Shown in pieces: positions 8,056 to 15,858 of a DNA stretch of 16,518 nucleotides. Source of the stretch: an uncultured delta proteobacterium (GTDB lineage Bacteria; Desulfobacterota; Binatia; UBA9968). The notes beneath the pieces are model-generated. The model saw nothing but the letters and a program-made list of their open reading frames with translations. It searched no databases and had not been told where the DNA came from. The translations under genes and the position numbers were made by a program. Location of the stretch: assembly GCA_963840855.1 (NCBI GenBank), contig CAWJBB010000088.1:1-16518 (forward strand), given 5' to 3'. Numbering within the stretch: the first letter of the stretch is position 1; the number at the start of each line of letters is the position of its first letter.

Positions 8056-9024
8056 TTATCCTAACACCTTCGAATACTTTTCCCTAAGTTTCCCCAAACG
8101 CTGACCGCTTTCGCGCGATGCCTTGGCGAAGTCATCCGGCATGACGTTGTAGGGCGGCCGGATGGGACCCGGCTTGCAGTAGCCGGAGGCACCCATCAGA
8201 ATCTTTTCCATCTGAATGTTGTAAGAAGCGAAAACATCCTGCGAGCCGGTGATCGCGTGATGCGGTTCGACGGCCCAGGCGATATCATCGGCGACGGCCT
8301 TCGCCTGTTGCGCGTTTTTTGCAGCGAGGGCGTTCATGAGCGCGAGGCCAATTTGCGGTCCGACAGCGGGGATCCAACAGGTCGTCGCGGTTTCCGGGGA
8401 GAGCTGGGCAAATTCGTACGCCATGCCCACCGGCGGTACGAAGTTGATCCGACCTTTGGTAACGGCCACCGCCTCTTTGAGAATTGCTCTACTGGAAAAC
8501 TTTGCGGACATCACCGTCGGCGCTTTCGCGACAACGCCGCCCCAGAAGTCGACGCCAAAGGGGAAACGAAAGGCGCGCGGGTTCGCGTAAACCATAATCG
8601 GAAAATCGGGAAAGGTCGCCGCGACATCCGCGTAAAATTTGACCGCCATATCGAGGGTCGCCGGTTGCCACATGGGAATGCCCAATAGCGTTCCCGTGGC
8701 GCCGCGCGCTTTGACGAATTTGATGCGCTTGGCGATGTCGTGGCCGCTCAATGCCGTCGCGCCGACGAAAGTCGGGATGCGCCCGCGCACGGTTTTTAGC
8801 AAACAATCGACGAAGACTTCATAATCGCTCTGCGACGTGGTCGCGCACTCGCCCATGGTGCCCAGCGCCATGATGCCGGTGGCGCCATCGCGGACCAGGC
8901 TCTCGGCGAGCCGGGCGGTCTCATCGAGGTCGACTGTATCCGTCGCATCCAGGCGATCGGCTCCGTCCTTAGCCGGCGTCGGCATAATCGCCAAAGCCCC
9001 TTTGATATCTTTTGCGCTAATCAT
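8056..9024 (-). CDS. nahE: DHDPS/NAL-superfamily class I aldolase, NahE/PhdJ-like (trans-o-hydroxybenzylidenepyruvate hydratase-aldolase family)
   Basis: NahE-type signatures: IMPTP, TVDLDETAR, GTMGECAT (GxxGE), LGIPMW, YANP-AF and Schiff-base Lys (SAKF, K175), plus YNI..EK and GPIRPPYN. RBS GGAGG upstream. The symbol denotes the family; the substrate is not established. Confidence 0.8.
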   Translation of the reverse strand: MISAKDIKGALAIMPTPAKDGADRLDATDTVDLDETARLAESLVRDGATGIMALGTMGECATTSQSDYEVFVDCLLKTVRGRIPTFVGATALSGHDIAKRIKFVKARGATGTLLGIPMWQPATLDMAVKFYADVAATFPDFPIMVYANPRAFRFPFGVDFWGGVVAKAPTVMSAKFSSRAILKEAVAVTKGRINFVPPVGMAYEFAQLSPETATTCWIPAVGPQIGLALMNALAAKNAQQAKAVADDIAWAVEPHHAITGSQDVFASYNIQMEKILMGASGYCKPGPIRPPYNVMPDDFAKASRESGQRLGKLREKYSKVLG

Positions 9025-9076
9025 GATTTAACTCCTCCCTTGATCATTGCGAAAAGGCGGCGGCTAATTCACACGC

Positions 9077-10102
9077 CTACCGCCGGTAATTTTCACTGCC
9101 CCAGATTTCTTTCAAGAAACCGCTTTTCTCAAGATTGAAAACGAAGCTGTTATCGTAGATTTCTTCGGGCTTTCTTCTGATGACGGTACCACTTTCGCGG
9201 GCGAGCTCGACCGCCTCGGCGACCGATTTCCCCGGCACCACCATCGTTCGGTCGAGGATCTCTTTGGCGTAAACGTTGTAAGACGATTGCAAGGCCTCTT
9301 CGTCTTTAGTGCGCATCGCCTTGGCGATGGACGCTTTGGCTTTATCGGGATTTTTCTCGACGAAGTATACGATCTCGGCAAAAGCCGCAACCATCCGCTG
9401 GACGATCGCTGGACGATCGCGCAGCATCTTGTAACTCGTGTGTACGCTGCTGTAAATAAATGGCAGGTCCAGATCGATCAAGCGATAGAGCACGTTGAAG
9501 CCTTCGTTTTTGGCGCGTACATCCAATGGCGGGGTGATCGCAATGGCCTGGACGATGTTCGCCGCCATCGCCTGATAACGCTCGCCCTGGCTGCCGCCGA
9601 TGGGCCGGATCGTGACCGCGTCCGGGGCCAAGCCGAACTTTTTTACCACCGCGCGCGAGAGCCGGTCGCTCAAGTCGCCCGCCCGCGCGATGCCTATGGA
9701 TTTTCCCTTGAGGTCCTCGGGCCGCCTGATTTCCTTTCGCGCCACCAATACATAGGGTAGCTTCACCAGGGGAGAGGCGACGAGCTTCACGTCGATTCCG
9801 GTAGCCAGGGCGGGGATGGTGCCGTCGGCGGCGCAATAAGTGAATTGGACTTCATCAGTCGCTAAAGCGGTTAAATTTTGCGCGCTACCGCGAATGAAAA
9901 TATTCTCGAATTTGAGGCCGTACTTGTCGAACAGACCATTGTCGAGTGCCGTATAGAGATGCACGAAACCGCCCGAAACCGCGCAGGTAGATACCCGCAT
10001 CGACAGGGGCCGCTCGCCGGGTTTCGGCAGATAGTGGCTGGCAAAGGCGAGACCTTGGAAAAACGGTAGGAAGATTAGTAACGGCAAAAGCCCGATTTTC
10101 AT
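9077..10102 (-). CDS. SsuA/THI5(NMT1)-type ABC substrate-binding protein
   Basis: 341 aa with a signal peptide. Motifs: GLFDKYGL, EDLKGKSIGI, ERYQAM and C-terminal DNSFVFNLEKSGF. Confidence 0.87.
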   Translation of the reverse strand: MKIGLLPLLIFLPFFQGLAFASHYLPKPGERPLSMRVSTCAVSGGFVHLYTALDNGLFDKYGLKFENIFIRGSAQNLTALATDEVQFTYCAADGTIPALATGIDVKLVASPLVKLPYVLVARKEIRRPEDLKGKSIGIARAGDLSDRLSRAVVKKFGLAPDAVTIRPIGGSQGERYQAMAANIVQAIAITPPLDVRAKNEGFNVLYRLIDLDLPFIYSSVHTSYKMLRDRPAIVQRMVAAFAEIVYFVEKNPDKAKASIAKAMRTKDEEALQSSYNVYAKEILDRTMVVPGKSVAEAVELARESGTVIRRKPEEIYDNSFVFNLEKSGFLKEIWGSENYRR

Positions 10103-10183
10103 GATGGTCGGATTCTATTCAGGTCGCCCCTCGAGGGCAAGCGGAATTTTTGGGCTAAACTATTTTGCCGCGGCTTTGTGCTC

Positions 10184-10217
10184 TTGACGGGATTCCCCCC
10201 TTATACGATACAGGGGG
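10184..10217. promoter_or_regulatory. Possible promoter/operator in the divergent intergenic region
   Basis: TTGACG at 10184 and TACGAT at 10204 (short 14-bp spacer). These overlap the inverted repeat CCCCCTTAT-ACG-ATA(C)AGGGGG at 10196-10217. Confidence 0.25.
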
Positions 10218-10269
10218 CTCAGCTTGGAGTTGGGGCGATTAAGGATATGGCTTGAGAGGAGACCCAAAC

Positions 10270-10512
10270 ATGGCGAAGATACGAGCGGTTGTGGTCGAAG
10301 GGGATCGCGAGCGTGGGTACAAGAGGGTCCAGGTTTTGTTCGGCACCAACTATTTCCTCGAAATCGACGAGCACGACGACAAGGTTTGTTTTGTTCTGGG
10401 CGCCCATCACGAAGCGTTCAAGGCCGACGCATCTGAAACCAAGGGGGAGTTGGAAAAATACATTCGGGAAATCATGGAAAAACATCCCGAAAGCGTGTTC
10501 GAGGAAGCGTAA
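10270..10512 (+). CDS. Small hypothetical protein (80 aa)
   Basis: ATG 10270 with RBS GAGAGGA. Natural-looking composition (beta-rich N-half, amphipathic C-terminal helix). Lies 30 bp before the next gene. Confidence 0.75.
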   Translation: MAKIRAVVVEGDRERGYKRVQVLFGTNYFLEIDEHDDKVCFVLGAHHEAFKADASETKGELEKYIREIMEKHPESVFEEA

Positions 10513-10542
10513 ACGACTTGCGCATGAAAGGAGCGATCAACT

Positions 10543-10890
10543 ATGGCTCGGATTCGTCACTTAGCGATCGTATCGGAAAATCGGGAACGGTTGGTTAAAT
10601 TCTATACCGACGCTTTCGGCATGAAGGTGATCGACGGCGTCGGCCCGGCCATTTATTTGACCGACGGATACATCAATTTAGCGATCATCCAAAAGCGGCC
10701 GCAATATAAGGAAGGCCTCTATCACTTTGGAATTGAAGTCGAGGACGTCGAAGCGCTCAAGCCGGTCTGCAAAGAACTCGGCGCCGCCACTGAGATCCAG
10801 AAGCGGCCGGCGAACCGCGAGGCCGAATATCGCGTCGCCGATCCCGACGGTAATCTGATCGACCTGTCGCAACATGGCTGGCCGGCTTGA
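10543..10890 (+). CDS. Single-domain VOC/glyoxalase family protein
   Basis: 115 aa; RIRHLAI, FYTDAFGM, YHFGIEV, DPDGNLIDLS. RBS AAGGAG. Confidence 0.88.
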   Translation: MARIRHLAIVSENRERLVKFYTDAFGMKVIDGVGPAIYLTDGYINLAIIQKRPQYKEGLYHFGIEVEDVEALKPVCKELGAATEIQKRPANREAEYRVADPDGNLIDLSQHGWPA

Positions 10891-10983
10891 ATTCATTTTG
10901 CAGAGCGTAAGGAGCAGCCGCAATGAAAGCCAATCGGCATCAGACTATGCTGCGAACTCTGAGCGAGGGTTAGGAGACGCGCG

Positions 10984-11946
10984 ATGCGAACGGCTCGGAT
11001 ACGAACTCTATGGTGGATATCGATTATTGCAGTCCTCCCGTCTTTTTTCGTTTCGACTGGGGCGCTCCAGGCCCAACAAAGAATCAGAATCACCCATTCA
11101 AGCCGCAGCAATACAGCCACGCCACTTTTCGTTGGCGTCTCCAAAGGCTTCTTTCGCGAGGAGGGTTTAGAAGTCGAGCTCATTCAGGCCAATCCACGGC
11201 TTGGGGCGATGGCGGTCATCAACGGCGACGTCGCTTTCACGGCGACCTTTTTGAGCACGTTTCGCGGTATTCTACAGGGACTTCCTTTGAAACTCGTTCT
11301 GATCGCTCTCAAAAAAGGCGTCTATTACTTGATTGTTCGTCCCGAAATCAAAGATATCCAGGAACTCAAGGGCAAAAAACTCGGCGTCGCAACTTTGCGG
11401 GGAGCCGATCACCTGGTTGCTGAGGAGCTGCTCCGCGCAAAGGGATTCAATCCGGCGCAATTGCAGCCCGTCGGTCTCGGTGATACTCAGGTGCGAGCCC
11501 AAGCGCTACTATCTGGGGTCGTGGACGTCGTCGCGCTCTCACCGCCGCACGACCAGATGGTGCAGCAGATGGGTGGAAAGGTCCTGGCCGGGCCGCCGGA
11601 ACTGGGAGTGCCCGCATCGGGTCTGACCACTTCGGATCGTTTGATAAAGGAGAACCCACAGACCGTGAAGAGCGCCTTGCGAGCGTTGCTCAGAGCCAAT
11701 CGTTTCATCGAGGTCAATCGTCAGGAAACGATTCCAGTCATGATGAAATGGGTAAAGCAGCCACAGGAGATCGCCGCTCGCTCCTACGACCTCGAGCTCA
11801 GGACGCTCGCGAAAGATGGCCAGATGAGCGATGCGGATCTGGAAAGCTTCATCGAGAGACTGGGCGAAAAAAAGCGGCCCCTGGACGAGGTCCGCGATTT
11901 TTCCTTCGCGCGCCAAGCGCTGAAGGAGTTGGACGCGGGCAGATAG
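10984..11946 (+). CDS. SsuA/THI5(NMT1)-type ABC substrate-binding protein
   Basis: 320 aa with a signal peptide. Motifs: KGFFREEGLEVELI, ELKGKKLGV, RAQALLSG. RBS AGGAG. Confidence 0.88.
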   Translation: MRTARIRTLWWISIIAVLPSFFVSTGALQAQQRIRITHSSRSNTATPLFVGVSKGFFREEGLEVELIQANPRLGAMAVINGDVAFTATFLSTFRGILQGLPLKLVLIALKKGVYYLIVRPEIKDIQELKGKKLGVATLRGADHLVAEELLRAKGFNPAQLQPVGLGDTQVRAQALLSGVVDVVALSPPHDQMVQQMGGKVLAGPPELGVPASGLTTSDRLIKENPQTVKSALRALLRANRFIEVNRQETIPVMMKWVKQPQEIAARSYDLELRTLAKDGQMSDADLESFIERLGEKKRPLDEVRDFSFARQALKELDAGR

Positions 11947-11994
11947 CGCCCAAGGCAGCCTGTGATTGGACAATCGAAACCACGGAGGTGGACA

Positions 11995-13038
11995 ATGTTA
12001 AAGACGATAGTCACGAGCGCGAAACGCCAATCATTAAGAACTGCTGTGGCCATTTTGTTTTTTGCCATCTGCGCATGTCCGAGCCAGGCGCAAGAGCCCT
12101 TAAAGAAACTTTTGGTCGCTTATGCGGGACTGATCTCAACGCATTCAAGTGTCTGGCTGGGCGAAGACCAGGGTTTTTATAAAAAGCACGGCCTCGACGT
12201 CACTTCCGTATTTACCGGCAGCGGCTCGGTCACCTCGCAAGCATTGATGGCCGGGGAGGCCAAACTCGCTTCTACCAGCGTCGGACCCACGGCGGGCGCC
12301 AACAGCGGAGGAGCCGACCTGGTGATCTTGGCCGGGTTGATCCACATTCTTCCGTATCAACTGTGGGTTCACCCACAGGTTCGACAGCCCGCGGATTTGA
12401 AGGGCAAGAGAGTCGCCATCAGCACGTTCGGCTCCGGCAGCCACTTGGCGGTCGAGGTGGCGCTTCAACATCTTGGGTTGGAGCCGGCCCGAGACAAGAT
12501 TGCGATCATGCAGGTCGGGCAACAGCCGGAGAGAGTGGCGGCCCTGGTGGGCGGCCGGATCGACGCGACTGCGCTGGACCCCGGATTCGCGCAAGTAGCA
12601 AAGGAAAAGGGCGTCGTGCTGATGCTCGACATGACCAAAATGGATGTCTCCTATGCCAATACGGTCATCGTTTCGTCGCGGCGATTTGTCCGGGAGAATC
12701 CGCAGGTCATGGAATCGTTGCTCAAGGGCACCATCGATGGTTTAAATTTTCTGCCCAATCCTGCCAACGAGAAAGCCGTCAAGAGCGTTCTCGCGCGGCG
12801 CTTGAAGCTCTCCACGCCGCAGAGTGTTCAGGTGATGTACGACGCCACCTTGGAGATCCACGCGAAGACCAAGGTTCCATACGCTCCTCTCGAAGGGGTG
12901 CAGAACATGATCGATGCGCTGCACAGAATGAATCCCCGCCTCGCGAAACTCAAGGCCGCGGATATGATCGACAACTCTTTCGTCGAGCGTTTGGATAAAT
13001 CCGGCTACATCGCGGAAGCGATGAAGCGCGGGCGTTAA
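11995..13038 (+). CDS. SsuA/THI5(NMT1)-type ABC substrate-binding protein
   Basis: Start moved to ATG 11995 (RBS GGAGGTG). Motifs: GFYKKHGLDV, DLKGKRVAISTFGS, ERVAALVGGRIDA, DNSFVERLDKSGYI. Confidence 0.88.
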   Translation: MLKTIVTSAKRQSLRTAVAILFFAICACPSQAQEPLKKLLVAYAGLISTHSSVWLGEDQGFYKKHGLDVTSVFTGSGSVTSQALMAGEAKLASTSVGPTAGANSGGADLVILAGLIHILPYQLWVHPQVRQPADLKGKRVAISTFGSGSHLAVEVALQHLGLEPARDKIAIMQVGQQPERVAALVGGRIDATALDPGFAQVAKEKGVVLMLDMTKMDVSYANTVIVSSRRFVRENPQVMESLLKGTIDGLNFLPNPANEKAVKSVLARRLKLSTPQSVQVMYDATLEIHAKTKVPYAPLEGVQNMIDALHRMNPRLAKLKAADMIDNSFVERLDKSGYIAEAMKRGR

Positions 13039-13047
13039 TAGATAAGA

Positions 13048-13246
13048 ATTTAACCGCTGAGGCGCAGAGGAAAAAGGCGCGACGAATAAAGAATTAACTC
13101 GAAGTTTAAGACTATATAATCATTCCAAACTCTTGCGATGACCTCAGTGCCTCTCGTGGTGACCAACTCATTTTTTACTTTGCGATTTTGCGGTAAATGT
13201 CTGCTTTGGTTGCGGCTTCGCCGCGCTAGGCTCTTTGTGATTAAAT
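13048..13246. repeat. Degenerate REP-like inverted repeats and a small hairpin in an AT-rich intergenic region
   Basis: ATTTAACCGCTGAGGCGCAGAGG (13048-13070) is imperfectly complementary to CCTCAGTGCCTCTCGTGGT (13142-13160) and CTTTGCGATTTTGCGGTAAAT (13178-13198). Hairpin GCGGC-TTC-GCCGC lies within TTTGGTTGCGGCTTCGCCGCGCTAGG (13205-13230). Confidence 0.45.
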
Positions 13247-13253
13247 AATCTCA

Positions 13254-14651
13254 ATGGCGGATCTGACGCGCACCTACGACGTTCTCGTTGTCGGCGGCGG
13301 CAACGCGGCGCTGTGCGCGGCGATCACCGCGCGGCGCGCCGGCGCGCGGGTACTCTTGCTCGAAAGCGCGACAAGAGATTTTCGCGGCGGCAACAGCCGC
13401 CACACGCGCGATATCCGTTATATGCATCGAGCGGCCACCGAATACGTCACCGGCGCTTACGGTGAAGATGAGTTTTGGCAGGATCTATTGGGGGTCACTG
13501 GAGGCGCGACCAACGAGCGTCTGGCCCGGTTGACCATTCGCGAGTCTGAAACGCTCGGCGACTGGATGCGGGCCATCGGCGTGCGCTGGCAACGTCCGCT
13601 GCGCGGCACGCTGCACCTGGCGCGCACCAATCTCTTTATGCTCGGCGGCGGCAAAGCGATGATGAACGCTTACTACGACACGGCGGCAAAGCTCGGCGTG
13701 GAAATTGTTTACGAATCCGAAGTGCGCGAACTGCAAATGAGTGGCGGGCGATTCGCCTCTGCGGTGGCATTTCACAACGGCGCGCCTAAAGAAGTCGCGG
13801 CGAAAGCGCTGGTCGTAGCCGCCGGCGGCTTCGAGGCGAATATCCCATGGCTGAAAGAGTATTGGGGCGAGGCCGCCGACAACTTCATCATACGCGGCAC
13901 GCCGCATAATCAGGGCCGGATGTTGAAACAGCTTCTCGACGAGGGTGCCAAGCCGGTGGGCGACCCGCGTGGTTGTCACGCTGTAGCGCTGGACGCGCGC
14001 GCGCCAAAATTCGACGGCGGCATTGTTACGCGGCTGGACAGCGTGCCGTTCGGCATCGTCGTCAACAAAGAGGTTAAACGCTTTTACGACGAGGGCGAAG
14101 ATTTCTGGCCGAAGCGCTACGCGATCTGGGGGAAACTCATCGCGGCGCAACCGGAGCAGATCGCGTACTCCATCGTCGACTCCAAAGGACTGCCGCAATT
14201 CATGCCGTCGGTGTTTCCGCCGGTTGAAGCCGGCTCGATTACCGAGCTGGCTACGGCGTTGGGTATCGAGCCGCGCGCCCTCGCCGCCGCCGTCGCTGAA
14301 TTCAATCGCTCAGTGAGCGGCGGCAGATTTGATCCCGGCAGCCTGGACGAATGTCGCACCATAGGGTTGGATCCGCCGAAAAGCCACTGGGCGCGTCCCC
14401 TCGACACGCCGCCCTACTACGGTTATCCGCTGCGGCCCGGCATCACGTTTACCTATCTCGGCGTTACCGTGAATGAACAGGCGAGGGTGATCATGCAAAA
14501 CGACCAGCCGGCGAAAAATATATACGCCGCCGGCGAAGTGATGGCTGGCAATATTCTCGGCAAAGGTTATCTTGCCGGCTTTGGATTGACGATCGGCTCG
14601 GTATTTGGCCGGATTGCCGGGCGGGAGGCGGCGCTCTATGCCTGCGCTTGA
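13254..14651 (+). CDS. tcuA: FAD-dependent tricarballylate dehydrogenase TcuA (TcuA/CobZ-N family)
   Basis: N-terminal FAD dinucleotide motif VLVVGGGNAALCAA. Family motifs: GGNSRHTR, HAVALDARAPKFDGGIVTRLD, RFYDEGEDFWPKRYAIWG, PGITFTYLG, GYLAGFGLTIGSVFGRIAG. Confidence 0.9.
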   Translation: MADLTRTYDVLVVGGGNAALCAAITARRAGARVLLLESATRDFRGGNSRHTRDIRYMHRAATEYVTGAYGEDEFWQDLLGVTGGATNERLARLTIRESETLGDWMRAIGVRWQRPLRGTLHLARTNLFMLGGGKAMMNAYYDTAAKLGVEIVYESEVRELQMSGGRFASAVAFHNGAPKEVAAKALVVAAGGFEANIPWLKEYWGEAADNFIIRGTPHNQGRMLKQLLDEGAKPVGDPRGCHAVALDARAPKFDGGIVTRLDSVPFGIVVNKEVKRFYDEGEDFWPKRYAIWGKLIAAQPEQIAYSIVDSKGLPQFMPSVFPPVEAGSITELATALGIEPRALAAAVAEFNRSVSGGRFDPGSLDECRTIGLDPPKSHWARPLDTPPYYGYPLRPGITFTYLGVTVNEQARVIMQNDQPAKNIYAAGEVMAGNILGKGYLAGFGLTIGSVFGRIAGREAALYACA

Positions 14652-15750
14652 GCTATTGAAAGACGGCGCGCGGCAGATGACGATCTGCAACGCCTGCCGC
14701 TACTGTGAAGGCTACTGCGCGGTGTTCCCGGCCATGGAGCAGCGCCGGATTTTTACCAAGGCCGATCTTATCTATCTGGCAAACTTATGCTTCGATTGCC
14801 GCGACTGCTACTACGCCTGCCAATACGCCCCGCCCCACGAATTCGCGGTAAACATCCCAAAGGTTATGGCCGAGTTGCGCGCCGATACTTACCGCGAGTT
14901 CGCTTGGCCGGCCATTTTATCCGGCTTGTTCAAACGCAACGGGCTGGCGGTGAGCGTGATTACCTCGACGGCGGTGATCATTATTCTCGGCCTCGTGCTG
15001 GCATTCAAGGGCTGGGATATTTTGCGCGGCGTTCATCTAGGCGAGGGGGCCTTTTACCGCGTCGTGCCGTTTGTCGCGATGACCGTGCCGCCGGCGGTAA
15101 TTGTGCTCTACGGCCTTGGAGTTTTCATAATCGGCGCGGCGCGCTTTTGGCGCGAGACCCAGGGGAAGCTATCCGACGTCGTCGATCCTAGCGCCTTCTG
15201 GCGCGCGACCAAAGACGCCTTCGGCCTGGCCTACATGAAAGGCGGCGGCGCCGGCTGCAATTATCCGGGCGAGAGCTTTTCACGCTCGAGGCTGTGGTTT
15301 CATCACTTGGTCTTTTACGGATTTCTACTCGACTTTGCAGCCACAAGCATCGCCGCTTTCTACGATCACTTTCTCGGCTGGCAGGCGCCTTATCCTTATA
15401 TAAGTTGGCCCGTGGTTCTTGGCACCGCCGGTGGTGTGGGATTGCTGATCGGCACCAGCGGTTTGCTTTTTTTAAAGCGGCAAAGCGACCGCGCTCCGGC
15501 CGCGCAATATATGCGCAGCATGGACTTAGCTTTTCTGGGGTTGCTGTTTCTCACCAGCTTGACGGGCATGCTGCTGCTCGCGCTGCGCGAGACTGCGGCA
15601 ATGGGGACGCTATTGGTTATTCACCTGGGCGTAGTTGGCGGCCTCTTCATCACAGCGCCCTACGGCAAGTTCGCCCACGTCGTCTACCGCTACGCCGCGC
15701 TGGTACGCTATGCCATCGAGCAACGGCGCAGCGAAGGGCAAACTCATTAG
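14638..15750 (+). CDS. tcuB: Tricarballylate utilization 4Fe-4S membrane protein TcuB (CitB family)
   Basis: Start ATG 14638 (RBS GGGAGG) overlaps the tcuA stop. Two CxxCxxCxxxC motifs (CNACRYCEGYC, CFDCRDCYYAC) and QYAPPHEF, followed by TM helices with HHLVFYG and PYGKFAH. Confidence 0.9.
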   Translation: MPALELLKDGARQMTICNACRYCEGYCAVFPAMEQRRIFTKADLIYLANLCFDCRDCYYACQYAPPHEFAVNIPKVMAELRADTYREFAWPAILSGLFKRNGLAVSVITSTAVIIILGLVLAFKGWDILRGVHLGEGAFYRVVPFVAMTVPPAVIVLYGLGVFIIGAARFWRETQGKLSDVVDPSAFWRATKDAFGLAYMKGGGAGCNYPGESFSRSRLWFHHLVFYGFLLDFAATSIAAFYDHFLGWQAPYPYISWPVVLGTAGGVGLLIGTSGLLFLKRQSDRAPAAQYMRSMDLAFLGLLFLTSLTGMLLLALRETAAMGTLLVIHLGVVGGLFITAPYGKFAHVVYRYAALVRYAIEQRRSEGQTH

Positions 15751-15754
15751 CCAC

Positions 15755-15784
15755 TTGACAGTATCTTTAGTGCGGTGGTATGAG
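15755..15784 (+). promoter_or_regulatory. Likely sigma70 promoter for the ACT-domain gene
   Basis: Perfect TTGACA at 15755-15760, an 18-bp spacer ending in TGG, then TATGAG at 15779-15784. RBS AAGGAGGT precedes ATG 15859. Confidence 0.45.
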
Positions 15785-15858
15785 CGGCTCAGAAAACAGG
15801 AGCCTACCACAGGGCGCGCAATCGAACTTGTCATCAAATCTGTCAAGGAGGTGCGGTC

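Noticed and set aside
8056-9024. Annotation as dapA
   Set aside because: It has GTMGE, PMW and YANP rather than DapA-type GTTGE, PYY and YNVP, plus NahE-type insertions.
3781-14637. ORF-track starts at 3781, 6542, 10252, 11962 and 14605
   Set aside because: Downstream in-frame starts (3835, 6578, 10270, 11995, 14638) have better RBS or signal-peptide context and avoid long overlaps.
13254-15750. Annotation as cobZ (cobalamin synthesis)
   Set aside because: Two separate overlapping genes rather than a fusion, and no cob/cbi genes in the window.
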